This document shows positions 1 through 13,325 of a stretch of DNA of 64,000 nucleotides, piece by piece; within the stretch, counting starts at the first letter, position 1, and the number at the start of each line of letters is the position of its first letter. The notes below the pieces were generated by a model, which did no database searches, was not told where the DNA came from, and saw only the letters and a list, made by a program, of their open reading frames with translations. Position numbers and translations under genes: made by a program. Location of the stretch: positions 1,488,001 through 1,552,000 of the forward strand of contig CM022667.1 in the NCBI GenBank assembly GCA_012295275.1, in the 5' to 3' direction. This DNA comes from Chrysomallon squamiferum. Taxonomy: Eukaryota; Animalia; Mollusca.

Positions 1-127
1 TACTTAACTAAAAAAATAAGAAATGCATAGAAATTGTAAATGTGTGTGTATGTATTTGTGTGTGAATGTATATGTATACATGTGTATGTCTATATATATT
101 TTTATATAATAATAGAACTAAACTTAC

Positions 128-160
128 TTGAGAACATGAATGAATATCTACAAAAGACAT
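128..160 (-). CDS. Probable first coding exon (MSFVDIHSCSQ) of an unidentified gene continuing beyond the left edge
   Basis: Minus strand: ttttcag acceptor at 192, 64-nt exon 191-128, AAAATG start at 160 with an upstream in-frame TAA, strong donor CAA|GTAAGT at 127. No homology recognised. Confidence 0.4.
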
Positions 161-660
161 TTTTGCTATGCAGACACCAATTTCAGGTTATCTGAAAATA
201 AAAATACTTCATATGTAAATAATATTAATTAAAATCCGAATATTGTAAAACTGGTTAATTTTTTTGTTTTTGTTCTGTGAGATGTAGGCATTCACCGAAT
301 TGTACTGTTAATAATATTAATAATTGTAATTACCAAGTAAATAATTGCAAATGAAAATGCTAACAAATTTCAAAAGCTAAGCAATAACTAAACTGACTAT
401 AATTGCAGAACTGGTCACTCTTTCTCTGCTGCTACTGTACTAAATGAATGAACATAATATCGTTTCTATAATCACGTTTGGACTTGTATAATTTGTCACC
501 CAACCTTAACTATTAGCACGATATCGTGTATATATATATATACATAAGATGGCTATCAATCCGGTAGTCGTAAAAAGCTAAAAAGTATGCATTTTATTTT
601 TATTTTTATTTTTAAATTCAAATTTCTTCTTCTTCTTTCTTCTTCTTCTTCTTCTTCATC

Positions 661-711
<51 letters not shown>

Positions 712-1134
712 GTATTAATATTAGTATTAGTATTAGTATTATTATCATTATAATTAATTAGGTAAAACACACTTCTCGTCTAATAGACAAAAATAGCTCA
801 TAGAATTTAAATTTAAAATTACATTTTTGTCTGTTAAAACTTTAAAAAAATATTTTGGTTCTGTTAAATTCGTATATTTCTTCGAATTATTCTGACATTA
901 ATTATTCGTTATGTCCGCATGCAAATTATAATTTAACAAATCCTTAGTTCGTTTCCACATTCACATTTTAGATGGATGACAAATAAGGAAGCTCTATTTT
1001 TATCGACACCTACGTTACAAAATTACAACCCTAATCGTGCATGACATCATTTCAATACAATCTGGTAACTTTCCAAAAGGAAATCATTAAATATCATATA
1101 TTATTTATTGCGAATTAACTGAGGAGGAGAAAAA

Positions 1135-1176
<42 letters not shown>

Positions 1177-1487
1177 CTGTATAAATATCACCTGTCCATA
1201 ACGGCGACTTTACTTTTTATATACAGGTTCGACTGTAATATAATGTTTTTTTTCTTCTTCTTAAAAAAAAAAAAAAAAAATAAGCACTGAAAGTGATTTT
1301 TTTCTTCTTTACTAAAGAATATTAATTAAATTTAATAAAGCAGAGTTCGAAAATAGAAAAAATAAAATAAACAATAAACATAATCTTTCTTATATCGGAC
1401 ATACTTTGGTCTTTGATAAAACAAAAAGCTAGTAGAAATTATATATGAGCACTAAGACATGCAACAAAATGAGCATTAGAGTATGAT

Positions 1488-1525
<38 letters not shown>

Positions 1526-1973
1526 CAGATATTGAAACTAAATAATGCAACACATTTATGCAGTGAAATTATTATTTACCTATTTTTAAACATGATCTAA
1601 ACAAACAAACAAACAAATATCGGTCGAATTTATTCAATTTTTATTACCTTGTTTAGCAGATTTAAGATAGACCAAAATAGAATCTAGAACAAGTAAATAA
1701 TAATAATATAACAACATCATCAAAAGTACTAATAGCTGTTGTATTAGCCATAGCAGCAGCAACAGAGTAGTAGAAAAATTGATTTCATAGATATAATCTG
1801 TTTTGTTACAGATTATCAGTATTATGGTATAGAATTCGTTAGACTTTTAAAAAGTCTTTAAAAACACACACACACACACACACACACAGACACTAGTATC
1901 GTATATATGGCATTTCACTGATATAATAAAAAAAAATCTTAACTGATTTATAAGTTTTCGTTCTTTTCCCCTC

Positions 1974-2007
<34 letters not shown>

Positions 2008-2801
2008 TTTTTTTTTATTATTATTTATTATTGTTATTATTTATTATTATTATTATTTTTATTATTATTATTATTATTATTAATAATAATAATAATAATA
2101 ACAACGATAACCATTGGAAAATATTTGTTTCAGTTTCAGATTAAATTTATATAGTTCGCGAATCAAGGAAATATATTTTATCTAACAACTAAACAACAAG
2201 AGAAACGACATAAATTTATTTTAAATTTAATTTTTATCTAAAACAATAAAATAATTAATTTTGTTTCTATGAGGTCTAGAAATATATGCAGTTAAGAATA
2301 ATATATTGGTTAAGCACGGAACGATAAATGCAAGACCTAAATGGTGCTAAAAAAGTAAATACCAAAAACAAAACAGCAATAATACTTTTATTATCCCATT
2401 GAATAAACAAACACATTTTTCACTGTGGAGCATACGCAACCTTTATTTTTCTTCTTTATTTTTTCCAGCATTTAAGCGGAACAAAAATGTAATAAAGCAA
2501 AACATTTAATGCATTAAAACAATGATTTTTAAGTCAGTATTAAGACAAATGTATATACACTGATCAGTAAATACAACATTTGTGATTGGGGCTTAAGTTA
2601 ACTGAAAGTTAAATTAGAGGAATGAAAAAATAGTACAAGTATATTCAACATGTCTTCACAGACAAACGATTTTTACGTCCAGTCTTAATTAAGACACTAC
2701 AGTCGTGACGTCATCATACAAGAGGATGAATGTATTTATTCTAAATTTTCATTAGCGTCAGAAAACTACCGGTAACCCTGTAAAGGAATGAAGTGGTAGA
2801 G

Positions 2802-2840
<39 letters not shown>

Positions 2841-3790
2841 GTATGAAGAATTTTATTATACTATTTATTTGTACCATTAAAGCTACATAACGGAAATAAG
2901 GTTTAATTTTTTTTTTTTTTCTCCCCATTGTAGCTTTCTCGACATTTGTTTATTTTTGTTTTCAAAGTTCCAATCGCTTTCTTATTTTTCCCTTAACGTT
3001 ATGTCCATCAACAAACAAGCGTAATATTTTTCGGTCCGTATGGATGAAAAAGTTGAAAACTTTCCGATTTTAATTTTAAATTGTCACAATAGAACAGACC
3101 TAAGATATTAATAGCATTATGTAGTTTCAATATCTGAAAAGTCGATGTGATCAGGTTGATGGTCAGATATTTGAATGGCTTACAGTGATAACAGTAATGA
3201 CAGCATCCAAGTTACCAGCATCCTTATTATTTAATTGTTTTTAATCAGTCAGTGACTGTTACACCGACATTTTGTTTTTAGTCGTATGACAACTTTAGAA
3301 TGGAAAAATAGCTTTATGGGCTTATTGAAATAAAGCAATGGATACTGAATTTTTTTATTTTTTTTGGTACTCTTTTCTTAACAAAACGCAACAAACCAAC
3401 AAAAGATGTATGTGTTTGTATAGTATATATCAATTTGGATGACATTTTAAACAATTTTCATTTGTAATTACTATTTTCACTCCATTAAGAGTAGAATTAA
3501 ACGACAACACATTTGTATTTTAATACTTTACCTTAATAAGAATTCACATTTCCACCATCATTCCGGAAAGACAAAAAAATAAAATAAATAAATTAAAAAC
3601 AAACCCAATAAAACCTTCATATATTTTTTCCCGTTTGCTATCACTACCTAATTGTTTTAATCTAACTAGTCTATCAGTTCTGCTTATAGTGTTTTAAACT
3701 GACTTAAGCGATTCCCAAAATCTTCCACATTAATCCTAATGAAAGCAAATTTAAGGAGTGTCTTTAGATCCCTTGTCCGATTTGCTTAGA

Positions 3791-3800
3791 ACCGGAAGTG
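3791..3800. promoter_or_regulatory. ETS/GABP-type motif ACCGGAAGTG, possibly in the promoter of the left-edge gene
   Basis: Exact ETS consensus in a locally CpG-richer patch (about 3760-4080). Function is inferred only. Confidence 0.25.
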
Positions 3801-5140
3801 TTTAGGATTTCACAGTAGAATGGTATAATAATAACCTGTAAACCATTTAAGTCGAAATTTCCAGTTGTATTTCATATATAAACTACACAGACTGCAGGGA
3901 CGTTTTTTTTTTTTTTTTTTTTTTTTTACATATTATTTTTAATAATTTTGTTTATTTAATAAAGTTTCTACGTGTCAAACGATCGGAAAACTGTAGAAAA
4001 ATTATCATTTCGTATGCTCGCGAAATCGTTTCGAATTTCGTAATTTCGGGTAAAAGGGATCCTTGATCTATGTAGAACCGTTTTAATTACTGCAAGTCTT
4101 ATGGTAATTATTATTTGACTCCCTGGCATTATTTTGAAATACTACATGTAATAATACAGGACGTAAATAACAATATTTGCCTTTTGTTATGTAGGAGTGG
4201 CAGAAATTTTTTTTTTTTTTTGTATAGATCTTCCTAATTCAAGTTTGATTTAGAGGATACAGTTTCACATTAGATGTTGGTGTAAAGACCCATTAATATT
4301 ATTAGCTAATAATGAGGCAATCAGTAACATTTTTCTGGGTTAATTTTATTAATGGTTTAAAATAAACTGAGCTTATTCCTTAACTGTACGTTTTGCTTTG
4401 TTACGTGTTTCCAAATGGGTTAAAGGTTTTTAATCAATAAAATTAAATTGCTTACACAATATACCATCCATAATACTTTTAACAGTAACTTTTGGTGACC
4501 AGATCATTTTTGTTATCACTGTATTAATGGTTAACTTTATTATGGGATGTAAATAACAACGGTCGGGTTAATATAACGTCACTTACTACGGGAAAAAAAA
4601 AAAAAAAAAAAAAAACGCCAAAAAAGTACCAAAAAAAAAAAAAAAATTAAAAAAATTAACGAACGGAAGAAATAAATGAATAAGTAATAATAGTATGACA
4701 TATATAAAAATCAAATTTTAATAAATATCAGATATAATTTGTCTATCCTACTGATGTTGATATTATTATATAAAAAACAAACCAAAAAAAAAAAAAATAA
4801 TAATAATAATAATAATCACAAAAAGGAAAGACAAATAGATATTTTATAAGAATAATAAGACAGAAGACAACAAACCAAATTATCATTAAACTCTGTAATT
4901 ACATGAACTGAAATATAATTTGTTCAGAGAAGTCAAACTGTAAGAAATCATTAAATTTTAGAGTTAGTTTTTCTATGTAATTATAGAATTCTATCATGTC
5001 AAAACAGATTATAATAAATGTATATTTCTTTAAATTAATTAGCTCTAAGTATAAACTTGTTAAAATATTAATGTTAAGAAAACCACAAATTACAAGCTCT
5101 TGTTCATAAGAAAAGCGTGTATTTTTAATGTACATGCTAT

Positions 5141-7201
5141 TTAGACATATGTGTTAATATTACTTGTGACAAGTACTGTGTTGCAAGCACTGCAAACCAA
5201 AGAGCCTGGCTTATTTTCAAGTGTGCATTTCTGGCAGACTCTGACACTTTCTCCCACTCCATATTCATCCAGTTCTCTTGGACTTGTCCTGCTTTTCCCA
5301 CATGTACGACATATTCCGCAAGCTGAATTAGACATAGAACAAGACTGGCATATCCAGGTGTCCGATTTCTGTCGCCGCTCTGCGAATCTTTCCATCCTCG
5401 CAGTGCCACGTGCCATGAGCTCAATGTTTTCAAGATTGCTAGTGTTACTGTATGCACTGGAGTTATTTTTAGCAATTACATCGCGTCCCCTTGCAACATA
5501 TACTGCAGGATTCTTTGTGGGGATATTATAACCATATTTCATATTTGAAGCTGAAGGCCGGGGAGAAACAGGCCCATTGTCACAAACAACATCTGGACAA
5601 GGCTTTGGTGGATAAGCAACAGACTGATACCCACCTGTTCTGTATCCAGACGTCTGCATGCTTTTGCCTGGATAGTCGACAGAAGGAGGAGGAAGAGTAG
5701 GATCAAGTGGACGTAAATGTCGATGCAGCTCTTCAATCCGGACCAGTGGAGGATGTTCATCCACGTCAATTCCTTCATCTGAAAGATTGTCACGTAACTG
5801 CCGAGAAGGAGCAGCATCATGTCTACTGTTTGAGTGAATGACATCCCCTCTCACTCCATCATAGTAATGTTTCCCATACCTGTTTTCAAGGCCGGATCGT
5901 ACAAAGTTCCACTCCTCTGATTTTGATGTAGTGTTGAATTCTGTGCGACAGGGTGCAGCTTTCAGCTTCTGAAGACTAGCCATCATGTGGTCGTCCACAG
6001 TTCCTACTTGAAAATGTGACTGCACCTCGGTAGTGTTATCTTCATCAATGAATGGCATACCTTTTCCAATAAAACCTCCATTAGCTACAGCACCACTGTC
6101 CACTCCTCTTTCGAAGTTCAGCCCAGGATGCTGATGCTTTGACATCAACACTAAGTGTTCTCTGGGTTTCTTAGTGAAGTCCGGAACAAGGCCTTCCAGC
6201 CTGAATTTGGCAGCATCAAGCCAATCACAACCTTTGTCCTTGTTGTTCATATAGTATTCAACAATCAAATCACACTCAACAGAAGCCATGACACATTCAA
6301 ATGCTACTTGCCAGTGCCAAGTCAGGGTGTTACTTTTTTTTAAGAGTTAATATGTTATTATCATTCTTTTCTTCATTAAAACCTACTAATTTAAAAATGG
6401 CTTCAGGGTTTTCTAAATATGATTTTATTCTGCACTGGAAAAATCCACAGTATGTCTGAAAAAATTAAAGATAGAAAATAAAAATATTTATATATTTGCA
6501 AATTCTCAGACCATTCATATTTTTAAAAAAAACAAAAAAAACAACATGTTTAGCTGTAAGAGCTGTTATCAGGCATTATTTTGCCTTGTAAATATTTATG
6601 TAATAATTTTATTACTTATCGAGATTATGATTATACTGCAAATATTCCAAGAATAATCATTTACAATCAGGATATAACAGTCAGGAACATTTAAAAAATG
6701 AAAAGAACTTCCTTATTACCACAGAGGGTGGGGGGGAATCCTCAAGAGTACCTTTTTATATTTGTGAAACCATATTTCATAGATTTATACTCTGCTCTTA
6801 CAGATATCTAAACTACAAGACAGTTTTAACAAACAATATATATATATCTACCTAGAGATCTTTTGAAATATCAGAGATGAACTAGTTCAGACATGAACAC
6901 ATTCATATTTGTATAGCAATAAAAAACAAGGAAGCATTTCTTTGTTTTTTGTTAAAAATAACTGGTGAGTAATAATGTAATGAAAAAAACAAAAATTTAA
7001 AAACAAATAAATAAGTAAATGAAATACAACAAAAAAATAATAAATAAATGTGTTAATAATGATAATAAAGATCTGTTCATCCACAATATATCCAAACTAT
7101 TAACTTCTAACATGTCACAAAAAGGCATAACCCCCCCACAAAAAAACACATTGAAAATAAATTTAAAAAGTTAAAAAATAAATTAATAAAAATGTAAAAA
7201 C

Positions 7202-7234
<33 letters not shown>

Positions 7235-7630
7235 TAAAGAAAAATTCAGATTTCCAACAATTTTAGGATAGTTCTATAATAGAAAATGAGTTAAATGGTG
7301 AAATGGGTCTTCTGTTTTAACTCTCTCACTCACCTTCAAACTATGGAATTCTTTTTTCCAAGGGTATCTATATAAAAGGATGAAGTATTTTTCCAGCAGA
7401 CGAAAAGCCTCACTTGTTTCATTAGCAACAAATTTTTCACTTTTCACCGTACTGATGATTACATTTACAAACTGTTTATACTTATGCTGGGGCTTGTGAT
7501 CAGTATTATTCAAAGCTTTTTTCAACAATTTTAAAACAGAGTTTTTTAGATCAGCCAGTGATTCATCTTCGAGGTTATCTTTATCAATGCATTTTGTATA
7601 TAAATGTTCAGCTTGGTTACGTTCTTCCAT
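5141..7630 (-). CDS. SPATA2: SPATA2/tamozhennic-like protein (N-terminal PUB domain, C-terminal RanBP2/NZF-type zinc fingers); apparent 1-nt frameshift near 6310-6341
   Basis: Coding exon 7630-7334 (MEERN...AFRLLEKYFILLYRYPWKKEFHSLK|gtgagt) joins exon 6455-5141 (ttttcag|TYCGFFQCRIKS...VAFECVMASVEC...). PWKKEFxxLKTYxGxF and VAFExxxAxVEC are SPATA2-family PUB motifs. C-terminus has WICQSC..CRTC and VCQKCTLEN..CSAC. Confidence 0.8.
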
Positions 7631-9567
7631 TGATAGGCAGAGAATACTAAACAAGACAATAATTAAACGTTGCCAAGAAAAACCACTTTTTCAAAAACCT
7701 GCATAGGAACTTGCATGAATTAACTTAACTAGGAGAAAAAAAAAAAAGAAGTAACTAAATGTTTCAGTCATTGAGAAATATTTTGTTCTGGTGAGCTGAT
7801 TTTGAAACACCTGAAAATAATAACATAAAGGAAAATTCAGTAATTTAATACAAACGTCAGGATGCAAATTAAAGGATTTAAAAGAAATTTATCTTTTACC
7901 TATTTCCAATTTCATTAAGAAGTAAGACTTTTTTAAATAGATTATTAATAACTAAAAAAAAAAAAAAAAAAAAAAAATCAGATTGAAAAACAAAAATAAA
8001 CTATAAAAGAATATGTATATATTTTTTAATTCATTAAATCAAATCAAAAAAAAAAATAAAAATAATGAATTTTAGTCAGAATCTGATTATAAATCAAATC
8101 AATTACTGAGAAAATAACATTAATTAATTTACAAAAAAAAATTATCTTCAAAATTAATTAAAACAGTACACAAACCATCTGCAGTAATGTCCAGTATAAT
8201 TACAATATTATTCCAGACTGTTTTCCTTATTTCATCTGAAATGAGAGGGAAAAACAAATTCATTTCATGATTATCTGAATGAGAAATGGTTTAACTCTTG
8301 AGACTAATTTAAATTCTTTCAAATTATTCAGTAACATTAAGTTCCAATATAATATAATTACTAATATATTAAAACCTGACACTTTCTAATGATTATATTC
8401 TGATATAAATTTTAATATAATAACTTTTGCATATTATATGTTTTATATAATACTGAAAACAAAAATAATCTTACAAAATAAATATTTATATATATATATA
8501 GATATAGATATATACACAGAGTAATTAGTAAAAATATAAATAAATAAATAATGTGTTGTTCCATTTGTCAAGCTGCTATTTATAACTACCACAAAATATT
8601 TAATTAACAATGAAATCATCTACATTTATTATTTTTAATTAATTATGAGTAAATAAATATGTGTTACCATTATAAATATTATTCATATGGAAACACAGTA
8701 TTTAAACAAACTGGCAACTAAATTTTATCTGCATTGCTTGATAGAACAAAGTGGAATAGACACTCTTTGGCACTAAATCAAGTATGACTCATATGGGTAT
8801 TTGTGGGCACTGTATGTCCACACTCATACACACACATACTTTTTATAGAATTTGTAATAGAAACACAGACATATGCACACTCATGAATCAAGACATTCAA
8901 ATTTAAAATTGAACAATAAAATAACAAAAAAACAACAAGAGTAATAAAAATGTTGAAGAAAATTAATAAAGGAAAATTTCTTTATTCACAGTATACAAAA
9001 TGCTGAATGTAATTTAAAAATTAAATCAGAACTGTGCACTAAGAAAAACAGTGTGTACAGGAGGCAAATAATTTTATTATGACTGCTTGTTTTTTTTTAA
9101 TGGATCTCTTAAGATATTTTCCCCTGCAGATAGCTCTTCAACAACAAATAAATAAATAAATAAATATATAAATAATAATTGAAGTTCCAGTGAGATTTAG
9201 AAAAGTTTACACATGTTCAACTCAATAACCTGTAATATGTAAATTAAAAATAAAGAAATTTTTTTCATAACATTTTTCTACAAATTTACACAAATCGTTT
9301 TATATATTTTCCTGAAACACAGCCATAGATGCTAGTATTGTAAAAATTATACTGTAAACATTATTTTATTTAAAAATTAAAATATACACTGAATATTCCA
9401 AGTTACAATAATAAAAAAAATACACATAAAATAATCATCTTTACTTACTTCATAAAATTTGAACATATTGAAACTGCAAGAAAAACACTGGAAAGCCCAG
9501 TAGTCATCACAAAATATAAGCCTATACACTATAACTATAATACAGTAATCAACTTTTTAAATTGTAA

Positions 9568-9577
9568 GTCACGTGAT
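9568..9577. promoter_or_regulatory. CLEAR-like E-box GTCACGTGAT upstream of the SPATA2-like gene
   Basis: 9/10 match to GTCACGTGAC, about 120 nt upstream (minus strand) of a candidate 5'UTR donor AA|GTAAGT at 9448. Confidence 0.3.
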
Positions 9578-10156
9578 TATTATTCAGGTTTTTTTTTCCT
9601 TTTCTTCTCCACTCTGTATTCTATAGAGATATCAAGAATTACATCATTTTACATTAACGGAATACTTACACTTTAATTTTTTTATTTATTTGCTTTTATC
9701 TATTTCTAAAAAATTTATTACGCCATGAACAATTAATTTAACTGCGAACTCTATTTCCAGTCTTTTTATGGGGAATACCCACATTAAATCGATTATTCTT
9801 TTAATAAAATATTTAAAACTATAATCAATGGAAAATAAATGATTATTTACATTGTTATGAATCAGTTTATCAAAACAGGTATACCTGATTTATATAATAT
9901 TGCCCCTTCGTATCTTTCACTCAGTGAACATGGCCGTCGTTTAGCTATTACTGGGGATTTCCCATGGTTTTGTTAAATTCTGTCATCAAAAGAAAATCGA
10001 AAAAGGTTCAGTGTTCTCAAGAAGACTGGACAGCTTATCCGTAATAATACTGCGATCGGCAATTTTATTTAATTATAATAAGCTTTCAAATTTTTCACAG
10101 GATAACAGTTATTAACTGAAGGCCATAAGCTGCACACACACACACACACACACAAC

Positions 10157-10194
<38 letters not shown>

Positions 10195-12863
10195 TTATTG
10201 ATTCTGGTATTTTGAATTAGTAAGTTACCTGTATAACGACAATTTTTCATGTAATTTTCGGTTATGAAAACTGAATATATAGTTGAGATTGTGGAAATCG
10301 GCAAGATCCATTTCGTTCATAGCCTCTCCTAACAATATAAAAAAGCTATTATTTTCAGTCTTTCCAGAGTCCCTTCCATAACATAAAAACAGGAATGAAA
10401 AATAAGACAAATAATTACAAATGATAGCCACTTCAGTACAGATGAAATATTCTGTCTACAACGGAAATGAACTTTTTCTGATTATTATCTCGTGAGATGT
10501 GGATAAAATATGGCGCAATTATTAGGTCTTACATGTGTATGCAACGATGGATCATGGGACCGAAAGCCCATACGGTAGGCTTGAGCTGCTGGGCTTTATA
10601 AAACAACAGCAACATATTGATGAATAAATGAACCGACATAGAGCACAGGGGATGTTCGGGCTTGTTTCATGATCCAGAATGCTACTGCAGAGGAACAGGT
10701 ATCGTAATTATAATCTGGGCTGTAAACGTGGCCAAACTTTGACTGCAGCATGGAACAAAGATTAATACACCAATTAAAAAATATCTACACGTAATAATGT
10801 ATGAAGTTGTTTAATTCGGGAACAAATACCAAGCATTTTTTTGTCAGTTTAAACTGTTGTTGGAATTTTTCTAAATGTTTTATATATATAATTTATTTAT
10901 TTAATGAAACTTTAACGAATCGAACTCCCAAATCGTGTTTTATCTTATATATACATGAACAAAATATCGTTCAGATCCTATCTATATAAATAAGAACGAA
11001 TATATATGTATATTAGCAAACAATATGTCGTATGTTAATGACGTCAATCAAATGATTACAACTTTGGTCGGAAATAGATTAAAATGTGGACCGTTTGCGG
11101 ACGTATTATTCTTATTTTAAAGCCTGCGATTTTTTACCTTTTAATGTGTAATGCCACTGAAACAATTTTGGTCTTGAATCGGGCAGCTTTTCTCAGTTTG
11201 CACTATTTCGTTTTTCCACTTTCATAGATAAATCCCTCTCCAAGTGGTGCTTCATCTTTTATGTGTGTGTGTGTGTGTTAGGGTGGGTGGTTGTGGATGT
11301 GGGTGTGGGTGTGGGTGTTTGCATGTGTACCGTACAGAACCTGTTATCTGTAAACAACCTTTATTATGGGAACGTTCAAGACTGGTACGAGATCACTAAC
11401 CAGTGAAACACGCAGCCTGGTTTCTGCCACAATTTGTACATGCAGAATAATTATTTTGATTAACTTGCCCGATTGTGTACCCAGATTTGCTTCAGAAATA
11501 TGCGCAATTACTAAAACCCTATAGGAAATTGATGATTCTATAGCATCCAAAAATATGTTTTTATAAACATACGTACATACATACAAACTTACATTATATA
11601 GACCTACATGTATGCATAGACACATACACAAAAACGTACACACACACACACACATAAATATGTTCGTGTCTGTGTTTATGTCTGTATGCATGTATTTACC
11701 AGATGAAAGTTTATTATTTTGAAAATGAAAGATTACAAATACTGGACCATTTATCTGAAAAGCTTGGCACCAGAGATGGTCCGGATTACTGGACACAGGC
11801 TGAACATAAACTTAAAATGTAAAATAAACAATGAAAAAATAAAAAATGAAACTATAGATACAAACTGTTATACCATTTAATCCTAGTTTTATAAACAGAT
11901 GAAAAGTAAATGAAGAAAAGAAAGAATATAATTTTATTTAAAAGATACAGGTACAAATTAATACACTTTATAATACATTTTTTGAAGCCGGATAAGTAGT
12001 TAGGTAACTAATAACAGTGTTTCATTAAGGCCCAGTCTAGCGTATTAATGGCCACCTAACAACGAATATAAACCCTAATTTGACAGCAGCCAATAATTAC
12101 ATCTTTCCACTAGAGAAATAAGCATAACACAAGTAATTTAAGGTACACGTTAATTATTGAATTATAATATAAAGGTGACTTGATGATAATACATTATACA
12201 ATCGATAAAACATATATTTAAATAGTTTTGATCAATGATACGAGTAATGTCATACGGGGAACCAAGATAAAATGAGAATCTGCCAGGAGGACAGACTAAA
12301 CAGTTAAAATTTTAGGTATATTAAATGTTATTGAAACGGGTTAATTGCTCATTACACCCTATCAACATAAGAATAGACAATGGCTTACCATACTCGTCCG
12401 TAAAGACAGTGTCATTCAAAAACACTGGTTCCCAGCCTGATTGCCAAGAGCCAGCACGTTTAAAACATTCGTCGTTGAAGTATAAACTGGCTACGCAATT
12501 TGAATTCCATGATATAAAAATAATAATGCGGACGTCGGAGAAATTAACATTTGTTGCGCAGTTTGAATTCCATGATATAAAAATAAACAGGCGGATATCG
12601 CAGAAAGATACATTTTTTATGCAGTCTGTGATATAAAACACTGATATTTATTAAAATAAGTTTAATAGTGGTAAAAATATATTAATATCCGATTTTAACA
12701 GAAAATGTTCTTTATGTATTCTGCCTGTAAGTGGTTTTGAACCATTTTTTTTATTCATATATCAAAGATTTTAATTTTACTTGATATTATTTTGTTTTAT
12801 GTAAGTTATTTTTATTTTATACTATTTAAATTTTTTTTTTATTTGATTATTTCTATTGGGAAA

Positions 12864-12896
<33 letters not shown>

Positions 12897-13074
12897 AATA
12901 GAAATAACCTCCTATATTTTCATTCCATAGTTACGTGCGTATAAAGGGGATACACTCTATTGTGTAGTTTATAGATTTTTGAATCAGATACTCATGATAA
13001 TATTCTTACTCACCATTCTATTTTATATTTTGAACGCACGCTTGGGTTTAGCAGACGACCGACACTCAGTCAAA

Positions 13075-13083
13075 TGACTCAGC
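13075..13083 (+). promoter_or_regulatory. AP-1/ARE motif TGACTCAGC about 250 nt upstream of the CPQ start
   Basis: Exact TGACTCA core plus GC (TGACnnnGC ARE consensus). A second TGACTCA lies at 16471-16477 upstream of CHMP4. Confidence 0.3.
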
Positions 13084-13325
13084 GAAATAAACATATATGT
13101 TTATGGAGACAAAGGAGGTGTTGCCTTTATACCCCCATCAGGTGACACTTGATTATTCAATAATACGCAACGGCTCATTTTGTTTACTCAATTACTAGCA
13201 GGAAAAGAGTAATGTGCTTAATATTCTAAAGTTTCTTATCTTAAAGATTATACTGAGGAAATCTGTGACTTTATTAATCTAGCAGTAGATAGGGTGTGTT
13301 TGTCACGTTTGACCCCGAAATCAAA

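Noticed and set aside
1175-1238. Possible Tc1/mariner-type MITE end (caggttcgactgta); similar cagtcgaa at about 16900
   Set aside because: Only a short one-sided match, with no partner inverted repeat or transposase visible.
2706-2713. CRE palindromes TGACGTCA at 2706 and 11039
   Set aside because: Isolated 8-mers not tied to a defined transcription start.
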